Source: Phoronis australis (Eukaryota > Animalia > Phoronida). From it: a DNA stretch of 64,000 bases. Both the position numbers and the translations under genes were made by a program. Every line of letters begins with the position of its first letter. The first letter of the stretch is position 1. The stretch is from assembly GCA_002633005.1 (NCBI GenBank), contig NMRA01000489.1:36329-100328 (forward strand), in the 5' to 3' direction. The notes beneath the pieces are model-generated. The model saw nothing but the letters and a program-made list of their open reading frames with translations. It made no database searches and was not told the DNA's origin. Positions 39,533-52,879 of the stretch are shown piece by piece.

Positions 39533-42500
39533 CGAAACTTTCAGATAACATGCTTTATGCATTGTTCTCCAAAACTAGAAAGTACCACTTATGCATTAAA
39601 AACTAGCAAAATAAGTTCTTTTATGATTTTCATGAAAAAAATAGAATTGCATGAAACGAAAACGAAATGATATTTTAGCAAAGTTTAACAATGTTTTTGA
39701 GATCACATCTTGAACATTTATATCAAATATAATTTGACTATGTTATTGATACTATTATTTTGCTATGAATGAGCTTTATTTTGTTTACTAAATCTTACTA
39801 AAAAGACATAAGCACATGACCCAATTGACGACAGATTTGTAAAAAGAACAAACTCGAATTGTACAGGCTTTCTGGTGTCAGAAAGTATATACTTTTGTTG
39901 AGTTTAGATCCAAAGTTTTGTAGATTTATGTCAAATGTCCAGATTTGTCAATCAAATAAAGTCCTTCACACTCTTGAGAAGATCACGCTCATAATTGAGT
40001 TTATCCAAGTGAGGTTCCGGCAATGCCTACCACTGAGTCAGCTGAGTGAAAAAAAACTGGCTTGTCCTAATTAAGACACCCACGTGATGAGTCTGTGACA
40101 GAGCTATTAATTAAGATTAGTTCACTCTAAATCAATAACCTGTCACATTTATTTGAAATTATGTGTCGATCATAGTCCCTTATAGCCTAAACTACTTCCG
40201 TCCAATGTCTTATAAATTGGAAGATTATTAAATCACTGCTGTTGAAGTCATCGCCTCAAAGTACTGCTTATAAGTAGAATATTTTTGTGTAGCGATAAAC
40301 TTGAAATAATGTGCTTTTAGCGAAAAATTTGAGCATATTTTCACGAATGAAGAACTGGTGACGGTCAATCAATAGCTTGTTACAGGACATTATTTCTGCT
40401 ACAGAGAAACGTTGTGACGTACCATTTTAATCTCTTTCTACTAAATTCTATATATTATTCCAGTTTAAGATCAATATGCCTTTGACACGACATGTTTTCA
40501 CCACATTCTTGTCGTGGTCTCACCTGTTTGCTCTATCTTAGATTTGTTTCTTAGACTTTATTCTACTTATCTATTCAATTTCTCAATTTCAAATAATTTT
40601 GTTCCTTCTTTTCTCATTTATTTTATCTAGTCTAGTTTTATCTAGTTTGTCTGTGTGGTGGTATACTGGCGGTGTACATGTTGTTAGCTTAGATTCCTTA
40701 TATTTGTGTGTATACGTTTCTGCCTTGGTACACTGCTAGATCAGTGCTTTACATCGAACGGACTACCCGCATTAAACAGATACTAATTTTAATTAGTATC
40801 TATTTAATGCGGGTATTATATTAATAATTAAAATTATTGATATAATAATTTTAGAACATGACAGATTGATCATGTTTCAAGTTCAAGTCGCGTAAATGTT
40901 TGCAACATAACGCACGTCGGGGCAGAAAGACAAAATTATGTTCGCGGCAGTGTTTAATTTCATCTCCTTTAAACAACAATAAATAATAATAATACATACA
41001 CAATGCTTATTTACACGATACAAAAATAAATGTAGACATTCTCTAATCAGTGTTGTGGACGAATAAATTTCTTACATCTACGTGTACATCTAACAAGCAA
41101 CTGAAGCGAGTCTGCGCATAAATAAATGATTCCAGCCAAGTCTCTTCACTAAAATGATTTCAAAAGAATAACTTTGAATGTTAAAGCAGTTTTAGGCTGA
41201 CAAAATCCACTGTATACCTCACTGTTAGCGAACAAACTTTTAACAAGCGAAACAATAAGATTGAGATGTTGTCCAAATCCGATGAAGTCGATGTATTACA
41301 GCGCCGGCTTAGTTTCCACACAAGCAGGGATTGAAAGGAGTAATACTAATGTATGCCTTCAGATATCGACAATCTTAACAAAAAGTCCATGTAAGTAATT
41401 AATAGTTTCGCTAATCTCGTATGACGTACAATTTGGAACTGCATCTGCTAATTTATTCGCGTACTGAATTATCGATGATTTTGGGACTATTACGAGTACG
41501 TTACGACTTCATAATCAGCAAATTTTGTGACACGTACGATCAAACATGGAATTGGGTAACCTATTCAGATAAATCGTTTTTAAAAGATCATGATCAGATG
41601 GTTCAAATAAGGCCAAGAAAGCATATTTCATTCTGGTCAGAGCATTTTTTGAAAGCTGATGTGGTGAAGCGGCATTTTTAAATAATTACTTGTGTTCTCC
41701 CTTCACTTCAAACCAGCTTTGGATGTGCAATGAAACCATTGGCTGCGCGCCTTTGTCGACCGAAGAGAGATGGTTTCTGATACTTCTGAGAAAATTGTTG
41801 TGGTCCATTTTTAGTCAGTAAGGGTCAAAGGTCATTGGCTTTTGGAAAAGAGACCGAAAACTTTGTTAAAAATAATGCGCAATGGTTTTTCGTTTTTAGG
41901 CAGAAACCTAGAAACGAGTCGTGGCGCAGATCCGAACCAAATATGCTTTTTGTGGCTCAACTAATAAAATACATAGATACATAAATGCATACGTACATAA
42001 ATAATTAGACCTGTCTGATGACCATTCCGAGATATTGATTATTACATAATTACAAAATATGAACTGAATATTTCCAAAGCGAACACCTTTCACATTCAAA
42101 TAATAGGTGGCGCTCGTACATCCCAAACAACACACTAACAGGTACGTACCCTAATGATAGGGTAATCTTTCTAGATACTGTATACTTAGTATTACCAAAC
42201 ATATTTCATGCACCAAATTTTCTCATCGAATATTTCAATTGACCCTTGACCTTCTAGAGTGCTCCCAACATAACATAAACACGTATAACATCAAACAGCA
42301 CTTACAAATAAATTGATATGATATCACACAATATTCAGCTGTCGTTCACCACACCTCTACGAGGCGGATAACACAAAACTGAAGTCTGGGCTTGTTGTCG
42401 TTTGGACTGCTTCTGACGTAGTTGTCATTAGTCTTGCAGAAGTTCGAGAAACGAGATATAGCGCTGCTTTCAAATTCGTTTCTTCAATATAGTATCAAAT

Positions 42501-44464
42501 GGTTACTAATTAGATTCCAAAAACTGCGTTTCTATTTTTCATAACTTGCTAATTACGGCAAAATTTAGCAAAGTTAATTTCATCTTCCTTCTGTGGTCGG
42601 AAGCATTCGGAACAACTCGGGAATTTTTGTAGTCTTAAATTTACCCCGCACATGTGCGCGCTCCAGTCAAAACACCAAAAGAATTTGGTTGGTTAAAAGA
42701 AGTCAAAAATCATCTCTTCAACATAGCAAGTCTCCGTTGCTAACGATTGAAGTTTTCACATAAGCAAACACGAAACACTTCCGAGGGGAAAGTTGAGACT
42801 ACGAAAATATACGAGGTCCACGGATGCTAATTAAGCTGTACCTGTTTTCCATATTTTAACTTACAAAATATCAAATAAATGTCAAATCTAATAAAAACTC
42901 GAGGTCATACCCAAATCGTCCCAGCTGGCTAAATGACATCGCATTATTAAAATATCACATAAAGGTGGATTTAATGTTTTTAAAACAATCTTAATTTTTG
43001 CTAATCTGACATATGATAATACAGTGCGTGGTAAATTCAATATAATCAACGATGTTTAGAACTACTTTCGTAATCCAGACATTTGGCAAGCAAGGCGCTA
43101 CCAGCGCATCGTTACTATGTGCCATGAATTCCGTTTGCTCTGCTGTAATGTAATTTAAATAATAGCATGCAAACAGAAAAATCTTAGCAATTGGTTTGGT
43201 ATCTACTAGATAATTTGTCAACACGTCGTCGATGGTAATTATCTATTTTACGAAAAACCAAGTGACAGTTCACTTGACATAGTATAACGACCGTTCGTCA
43301 GTTCGCAGCCGCTATAAGCGTTGATTTTTCGATTTAAAAGGATACTTAACCATGTTTTAGTGACTCACCAAAACTGTCTTCGTCTTGAGCTACTGGACGA
43401 TTAATTGGTCCATCGGAACATAAACAATGCAACACGATAACATCACTCTGCCACAAAAAGGACCCCCTCGGCTATTGTTCAAGGCAGGGTCTTTCAAAGC
43501 AAACGTCGATTAAATTCGCCCGAGCGCTAGTCACGCGTGCCTATCGAGCAGTCTTTTCAAGGAGTTTTCAAACATAATTCAAGCTTTTGAGTGTTGGCGA
43601 AGAATACAGAGCATTATTTTGTTACAGAAGTATAACTGACACAGTTGCACTCAATATCCGTCGATTGGCCACAACATGGTGAAGTATTCTTGCAAGTATT
43701 CGTAGAGAACCGACCACGCGCTACAATCGGTAGTCGCGTCAGCCGATTGGGGTCACTAGCAGAGCTACACGGAGGCGACAACGTAACCTGGTTATCATCT
43801 GACCAAGAATACAGCCCAGAAAACAGCCATTTATCAAACTTGGTTGATTACATAGAAAGTATACATGTCAAAATCGACTACGGTTCATCATAGTACAGTT
43901 TTGAAACGCATTGACGACCAATTTAGACTCTGATTGGTCAAAAGGAATGTACGTAATTGTGTATTATTTTGTGGTTGTTTCCGTTTTTCCTTCAAGAGCA
44001 ATGACATAGACACAATACATTACAATAAAACATACATAAACGTTCCTTGAAAAACCATGGTCTCATGGAAACCAATAAATTAATTCTCTCAGTTAGCTGT
44101 AGCAAAGAAAGCTCTTATAGCACTTCACAATTCACATCAATGCAGTCCTAAAAGTCGTCATCACCAGCATTTGTTAAGAAAGACGAACAGTACAGAAGTC
44201 AATCACCGAGTAGACTGAAACTTTTAACAGTTCAATAAAGGTCATTGAAATGAGAGAACCACAAGACAGTCCTATTGATCGGCGGTAATGCCAGATCAAA
44301 CACATTTTTTTAGCCAAAATGTGAGATTTATACAAAACGCTGTTTAATTAATAGTATAGAACGAACTATTAACACCAGTTAATCATGGTATCTCGAGTGC
44401 ACTTAACTGGTGACCTGCTAAAGTATCGGAATGACTGAACTAGAAAAAGAATGCAAGTAACCCA

Positions 44465-47400
44465 CTAGTACCAATCTAGATTCTGGTTATACCGTTTTAA
44501 AAGACTATGCAAGAACGGCGTTTGGATGGCTTTGGCAAGACGAGGCAGCGCTGTCGTGTATCGACCTAATTTACTGGAAAGTTGAAACCTTGTCTTCTGC
44601 TTGCCTCGCATCCTGTTAATTTTGTTCAATTTCTTTTGAATGTATTTAGAGAGTTTCATTTTTGAAGGGAATTTCACGCGGCTTATCGATGTTGGTTGCC
44701 CTACTTTTACAGGTTTAAGTGGTGGCAGTTTATTTCCAGGAGCGGTAGAGGGCTCTACTGGCGCAGTTGAATTCACAAGGGTAGCGTTTACCTTGCTTCT
44801 TTCATCAGCTAAAGAACCACCATGCTCGTTCATCCCTTTGACAATTACATGGTTATTGTATAACTGGCCACCGCTTTCGTTGTTGACATCGTTTCCACTA
44901 TAAACGTTAAATGGCGCTGTAGGAGGCGGCGAGAGTGTGGTTGGGGGAGCCGTCGTTAGAGTGCGTCGTGGTCTCGGAGTAGTTGTTGCAGGCGATCGAA
45001 TGGTCGTCTTTGCAGCGCAGTAGGACTCCAAATGTCTGAAGTTACATGGTGACAGACAACATTCGTCTACAATTCCTCGACGGATTCGAGTCTTTCCGCC
45101 ATCACGTGATGTCAGAAAGTCTGTTGCTTCTGTATCGGACAAAAACGGACTGTGTACATTTCTTCGGATTCGAACGTTCTCGGGGGCTCCCCGCTTTGTA
45201 ACATAAGCACCTGAAAAGAATAACCCACAATTTAAACGATAGTGCGCGTGTCGCTGAGGTCCGAACATACGATGCCCAAAGCCATGTAAAACGTGCGCTA
45301 AGTGTTTGTTTTAATCTTTTGATCTTGTTGGTTATAACCAAGCTTGATAATTTGTCCCAAAATTGATACTAGTTTTTGTACTCACATTTAGAATCCAAGG
45401 CGATAAGGGCATCATTGATAAGGGACATTTTAGAAAAAAAAACGTGCCTATGGTTCGTCAATAGACCCATAGGGCCTCAAATCTATTGGACACTTTGGAG
45501 GACCTATGGGTCACGTAAGGGTCCTTTTTCGAATCGATTTTGGGAGCTGCGTCTTAAAATGCATGATTTCGCCTGCAACACCAGTTTTAAATTACGTAAT
45601 GAATGAATGGTTTAAAACAGTTGCACAAAAATTCATCCGATTTTGATTTTTTTTCTCAATACGCTAGATAACATATGGTTAACACTGTTCTTTTGGTCAA
45701 TGACATTAGCTTTGATCAGTTTCTCTGCGGTGCCGTGATTCAAAACAAAATCAGGCGTCGATGCGATGCAATTCTAGTGCGCCTGAGCTAAGTAATTACA
45801 GTGCGTCAAAAATCAAAATTTGTTTTTACGCCTATGACGCACGCAGGTCACGCTCTCAAAATTAGCTCTGCATCAAGCAAAAATCTACTTTTTAACTGCT
45901 TCTCGAAATGAATCACGTGACAACAACACAAGTACACTAGTCTGGTCGCCAGTTGATCCGGTTGAACAATCGTGCAGCACAGCTGCTAACTAACTCACTC
46001 AAAGCGTAAGTCATAGTTGCTGATTTAGCAAACTCCGTTAGGACTTTTCCAAATGTTGGCCAGGTTGGGTTTCCAAAGATTTAAGTGATATAATCGTTAT
46101 TAACAATGTTTAGTATATTTCAAAAGACCTACGAAACAAATTGCAATGTAAACCAAACATATTTTTAACCAACGCCTTTTCATACTAGTTTTTCAGACGG
46201 AATCTAACAAAAACAATTCCTAACATACTTTTTTAAATGTAGGTGCTCTACTACTGTTTCATCGAGTTTTCTGAATGACAAAAATGTACAGACGCGTAAA
46301 TAACACAAATGCCTATAAAAAGCTAGAAATTTCTGAGAACATGTCTGTTGAAAATGCTCAGATGATGTTCAAAATATGAAACCGGAAAGGAAAGTGGACC
46401 TTCAAACTAAAATTTGTTAACACGACAAAAAGTGGAAAGTCATCTACTAAAGAACGTGATATAAAGCAAACGATAACGACATCGCGCACTTTCCAAAACT
46501 ACTGCCAACACCACTGTGTGCATGCTACATACTTCGCGCGTTTCAGTAATTACGAATAAGTAGGAACATGCGTGACACCAATCGCGTTTCGCGGGAACAT
46601 CATTTGAATTTCCAATACAACCACAATCTTTGAAAGTGCTTTGTGATTGCTGTTGTCAAAGCTGTCAACAAACGCAAAAGACTCACGTGTACTTATGCTC
46701 ACCCCAATCCACGTAAGATACTACGTCACGAAGCGCTTTCACGACCCTCCCATGTGCATAAATCGGCCATTATGGACATTCTCACAATATGATGTTTTCA
46801 GAATTAAGTTGAGTTAATTGTTTAAAGCACTCTCACAACGCGTAAATATTTATGCGATTTTGAATATTAAGTCGTTTACCAGTTTTTATGCGAGAGTCTG
46901 TAAACACGCAGTGTTTTGGAGCTGCATATCCAGAAACCTTGCGACCCAAATAACGCCGGTAGGAGAATAAATCGGCTGAGTGGACTATAAATACCTACGT
47001 AGGGAAGGGCTCGGTGGTACGCGTCCCCAACTCGGTAGGTATTTTCAACCTCAAATATCGTCATGGGTTAGTGTTTCTCTCCCTTATGTTTCTTTCAGGA
47101 ACGGGTACACGAGATTTTTTAAAGATTTATTTAACCAGAAATAATTCGTGGCTGTGGTTGAGTAGCCCCAATGGCATGCCCTTACAATAGAAACAATTTA
47201 TAATATATATGCAAATCAAATACATATTTTGAAGGAAACTCAAAAGGATTGGGCGTGAAATTGACGTGTTATTATAACAGAGAGGTATACGAAAGGACAG
47301 GGTACACGGTATAGGGAAAAGGTAAACGAAATTAAGGACAGTAATCTGGGGAGGGTGGACCTCATCATTTGGTATAGTATGGAGAACCCATTCTCTCGGT

Positions 47401-50400
47401 TGTCCAGCTAACCCCTTAAGTATCATAAACAACTCAAAAACTAAGTGTGTCATCTGTTTTTCCTTTGTTTATTTCCAATAAATTCAGAAAAATGGAAATT
47501 ATACACACGTAAGGGCTCAACATGAAATTCCTGACACTGTGACGTATCGGTTGTAAGATTTTTTTGTCCTCCAATGAGAGGACGTATTACTATTCAAGGA
47601 GCTCTAAAAGTCATAAAATAGATGTCTCAACGTACAGAGAACTGTCTTGCGTTTTGAATATCAAAGGTGTATTTTGTTCTCAATAACGACAAAAGATGGA
47701 AATCGCGAAACTCCCACAAACATGTCTCGAAATTTTCCTTTCCAAGATAGAAGTTGATTTTTGCTATTACAAGGAATTGAAGGAACACTTGAAACTGAGT
47801 TAAAGAGGCCCTGGCGATGTCAGTTGACGGGTTGGCCCCTTCCCCCCAATGCTCAGGTGGCTCTTTGAAACTCGTTATTCACTCTGAAACCCTGGATGAC
47901 ATGCTTAGATATGGGAATCATTTAATCATGGCTTGAACAAGTTTGAAGCCTCGTCATTTTGTGTCTTTGAGTAACCTGTTTTAGTTTTAGATGTTGATTA
48001 AGTAGAACACGCCAAATTAGGGGACCGTTTCAGACCATTTTCAGCGGATCACTCAGGTGTAGCAATTATTCTGAGTATTTCGGAGTCAGGCCCAGCCAAT
48101 CCTAAATAAACCAATATGATCTATCGAAAGGCGTTCTAAAGACTCCTCTTGACGTTCCAGCGTTTGTGAAACCGGAAACACGCAGTGGTTAAATCGGTCA
48201 TTTTTGTGACTTCCGATTTATGACAAGCGACTTTTCGTAAAAATGAATTTCCTACTGAAAACATACATGTATGAATTATGACCACATTCACAATTTTCAG
48301 AAAATTAGTTGCGAGAAAAATATGGTACTTTTTTCTATTATGTGACAGAGAACAAAACCTGGAGCTAACGTAGAAGTGTGAAGCGGTCAGAGGCCCGGCT
48401 CTTCATGTGTTTTGGGTTCAGTTGCAAGATTTTATTATTATTTACAGAAACACGAGAAATACCACATTCTTGCTCCTATATTGAAGCCTAAACAGTACAC
48501 GCATACTACGACGACTTGGCACTTCGTGTGCGAGCCTACGTGACATTTTTATGTTCATTTTTTGCATTCGTTAGTGTGACGGCGCTTTGACATCTTGAAA
48601 AAACGTGTTGGGGATGGGCAGAAACTCAGGGGCAAGTACATCCAAAAACACGTCCCAAATCACAAATTCCATGGGGATGTTACTCAGATTCATTATGCAA
48701 CGTTTAGAAAACTATATTTGTATGACAGAGCCCTGATGACACAGTTACGATTTTTAGAGTTACCAGCCGCTAAATTTTACTCTCTTCAAACGACCGAGCA
48801 CACGTGTTAGTATACTCCAACCCACAAAACATTGAGTAAGTATTTTAACAGTGGTCAGACAAACGCGTTAGACCCCCATGGTTAAGAGAGGTTAACACAC
48901 TCATAAGTTAGTGCCGAGATCCACACTTGAGTTTCCAGCAAGGAATGCTTCAATGTTTGTTAAATCATACGCTGTCGGCAGTCATTCAACTTTATTCGAT
49001 GACGGTTTTAGCGGTGCGTGCAGTTGATAAACGCGACCCATACCTGAGCAGTGTCTAAAGATTATGTCATATTTCTAGTGAATAAAATTACTTTCCACGA
49101 CAACAAGTGAGACCGCCTCATCCCACAAAAACGTGACATCTGGCGGCTGTTCTGAATCTAAGAACTTTTCTCTACATACATCCAAAGAATGTGATAAAAA
49201 CCAACTCTTTCCAAAGGTCACCTTTTTTGCAAAACAATCAATAGAAACCTTTGAGGCAAAAAGCAATATATCGGGTGCCTTGATTACTTAATTAAAGAGC
49301 GTCTGTGTACATAAGAATTAGATACTTTCCTCTAATTAATTAACCCGAGGTTTCATTAAGTTATCTATTTTCTGTAGTTGGCTTCTATTTTTGGACATTT
49401 TGGTATTCCAATTTAGAACGCAGGCTAGACGGCCCCGGGGGTAATCATCTCTATTCTAGACAGGATTCTACCGCAGAAAATTTGAAATGTACCTTATCAA
49501 AAGAGTTTTAAAATTAAAAAGTGTCACTCTCTGAAAATTATATGGAAACTTTATCAAGATGAGAATGCTTTTCTGAAAAATACCATACTGTGTTTTTTAC
49601 TGGATTTTTTACCAGGTTGTCCCCCTTGTTTGTGGAAACTTAATATTTCAGCTGCCATTCAGTGTAGAATTGTCCTTTGACCTTACTTTACCGTAATACA
49701 TGCACATTGCAGGCAACTGAATTCTATCGCACTAGGTTGATTTCGCTAATTCGTTAAACCATACTTCGCTTGTTGCTAAAGGCCAGCGCACACAAGATTT
49801 TTATCAGGAGGTTTCGCTAATTTTTGTCGGGGATAAACTGTCATATCAACACTGTACCAGTGCAAGTGATACGATTTTGTCGTGATCAAGACGCCTCGGA
49901 GCGGTTTCGTGTCCATCAACTTAATCAGTGCACCTAACATACGCATAATGTTGTCATGTCCAGCCCGCATGGGTGTTTGGCAGACGTGAAACTATGTTTG
50001 TTGAATTTGACCTCGGCCACGACAAAAAAGTAGTATTAGCCTACATCACATGGCAAGGCGCAAACTTGCACGAAACGACGATTTTTCAATGGCGACTTTG
50101 CCACAATGAAAAGCCGTTTTGTGTACATAGTCCTTTACAATATGAACAGAGTCCTTGAGTGAGACACCGTAAAGTAAACCTATCAAAAGTAGTTTTTAAT
50201 TCCACATGCCAAGCGAAAGCAAGACCGTAACAAGTGATGATATCGCCTGAGATGTCGAACGTTAGCTAAGTAACTTAAAACTGAATTTCGACCTGTTCAG
50301 CTGACAAAAATCGAATTAGGCCTTTTACTCGTATCAAATCAGTCTCATAACATTTCATGCCGTGATAGGGATTCTAAATTCATTACCAACAAGAACATCG

Positions 50401-51531
50401 AAACCATCAGCAACCCAATAAAACGCTTCAGAGTTTATTGGGGTTGGACAACTAAAAAATAGCGAAGTTGAAAATGATGCAGGTACGTATTGCACGTGAC
50501 TTCAGTGGCAACGGAAATAGTCCTACCACGGTAAGAAATATTACCGATTTTCTGAGAGTAAAAGGCTTAATTCGACATTCGTTTTAGCCACCTATACTGG
50601 AAAATTGAAACTGTGACTTTCCGGATCATCTCCACTCGACGTACGGTTTTTGAAACGAGTGATAGAGCTTTTGTGTTTGTCACCTTAAAGCTTTCTATTT
50701 CAGTCTTAGTCCAGTGAAATGTACAAGTACTCTGATTAAGCTGTCAAAGCCATGTTGCTATAATTACCTTGCGCACATAAAGGGACACTTTAATAGGCTG
50801 TTGTCCTTCACTTAACTTCATTGCTCGCGCCAGGGGATATGTTCGAGCTGGGAAAAGTTAAAGGTATCATCAGCCTCCCAAGATGACCCTCTACGTGCAA
50901 AAGGTATAGCACCATGAGTGTGAGACGTAAATCGCCGAAAAGCTTCTGGGATAACCACCGTCTCTACTGAGGCCAGCTGAGACGGTGGTACTGTCTGATG
51001 CACATAATTATAGTGTTTATAAGCCTTGCTTCCACTGCAAAAAGCTGCTCTCGATTTTGACCATTTCCACATTAACCTTTAAGAAATGGTCTCAAACTGC
51101 TCTTTAGTAAAATTAGATGTTTATTTCTGGGTATGAAGACAAAAGACTGGCAGTATGATCATTCGTTATTGCTGGACCTTCAAGTCTATTGCGTGCGCCC
51201 AACCTATATCAGCTCTTTCCAAGTCCGGAAATCATTTCTCTGAATAAAAAACAAGTGGAGGCCATTTTCAGAGTGACAAACGGTCTACATAGAAAGTTGT
51301 TTTCTTTGACGGAACATGGATTTATTGCCCCTTTAAAAATTGGCGTTTGGGGTAAAGAGCCGGGAATTGCTTACCTGATCTTTTAGACTGCGTCCAATAG
51401 TAGCCCCGTCCACGGCAGACGAAAGCCAAGGAGTTCGCCAGAGTCGCGCCGCAGAGGTACATTTCGGCCGCGTGCACGCCCGTCAGAAGGGTGTTGGTGA
51501 CGATAACACATACAAACACAAGGCGGTACAT
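44465..51531 (-). CDS. IGF: IGF-like insulin-family prepropeptide, 300 aa; exons 51531-51375 (signal + B chain) and 45210-44465 (C, A, D/E)
   Basis: Signal MYRLVFVCVIVTNTLLTGVHA; B chain YLCGATLANSLAFVCRGRGYY; A chain GIVDECCLSPCNFRHLESYC (six-Cys insulin pattern). A phase-1 intron falls early in the C peptide, as is typical for the insulin family. There is a 183-aa C-terminal extension. An acceptor AG directly precedes the ATG, implying an upstream 5'UTR exon. The symbol is family-level only. Confidence 0.93.
50279..50613. mobile_element. MITE copy A, in the IGF intron
   Basis: Internal inverted repeat tcgaattaggccttttactc / gagtaaaaggcttaattcga; the interior is the reverse complement of copy B. 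Confidence 0.7.
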
Positions 51532-51904
51532 CTGAAACAGCACGTAGGCGACTTATGTTGCAGGAAACCAGACCAAGGAATCGACACACAGCCTATCGGC
51601 TTGCAGACACGTGCGCGATTGAGGACAAACGCGCTCGCGCCATGTAGTTAACCTCATAGGTCATGACCCTGACAGGAAGTTACGCAAGCGGCGTACTAAA
51701 TGGCTTTCAGACAGCAAGAGCGACCTAACATATGTCTTTGTGTGCTTGTTTTTTTGATGATTTTGTTTAGTCTTCGACCAGTATAAATGTTGACCAGTTA
51801 CTGTGACATTTGTTTTACATTTAAAACTATAACTTGCAATAGGTTAATAAGGGAAATACAAAATTAGTTTTTCAATCCGGACAAAGTAACAAAACATATC
51901 TTAA

Positions 51905-52218
51905 AGGTGCAATTTCTTTGTTTAACTTGCTGAAAAGGGAGTTCGAATTAGGAATATTACTCTCATAAAATCGGTCTCGTAATATTCCTAACCGCGACAG
52001 GATTTCATATCCGCTATCAAGTCACAGGCAATGTGTGCTTCCGCAATTTTCGAATTTGCAATTTTAGGATTGGCCAACCCCAATAAAGTTTGAAGCATTT
52101 TCTCGAGTTGCCGATGTTATCGGCGATCTTGTTGGTAACGGAATAAGTGTCCTACCACTATAAGGAATATTATGAGACCGATTTTATAAGAATACGATGA
52201 ACAGGATGAAATGCAACT
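51905..52218. mobile_element. MITE copy B, TTAA-flanked, upstream of the IGF start exon
   Basis: ttaa|aggtgcaatttc ... gaaatgcaact|ttaa; inner arms ataaaatcggtctcgtaatattcct / aggaatattatgagaccgattttat. Confidence 0.75.
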
Positions 52219-52879
52219 TTAAAAAAGCTTTTTTACAACGCCTTAAGATATAGCTTAACATTCAAGATCGTTTTTCATGATGGTGCTTTGCAGCTTTTGA
52301 TAAATCTTAGAAGTTTTAGTTTATCGTGGTTTTATGTTGCTTGTCAAATAAGCTTAGTCTTTCTAAAGTAGTCTTTCCTCTAAATCCTTAACTCGGTCAT
52401 CACTCAGCTGATTTCCAAGTGAATGACGGAAATCATATTTCACAAAACGAGCAGATATTCTAATAAAATTGAAATGATGTTTTAATCGGGATTTTATGAA
52501 AAATTTGCCGCCAACAAACTAATAAAACACACCGCGAGAAAGAAATCGTGCATGTTTTGGTAATACGTAGACTGTTTGAAGAGAGACCAAACCAAATATA
52601 ACCCTACTGAGCCACATTTTACAATTCTCTGATTGCAGGCTGGCTGTTAGTTTGAAGACGGAGACCATTTTGCGCAAATCACCTCTGAAAAAATTATTCC
52701 AACTACAAAGGCAAATACATACAAAATTCCCTACAAAAATATAAACAACGCAATATATAAACACAGTACCAGTAAACTTTGACAGGACAAAACAATTTGA
52801 TTCGGTCATAATGACCGTCAATACGTCTCTACCATTGATACTCACATTTACATCCATGTTGTATTGCTTTCCCAAATCA

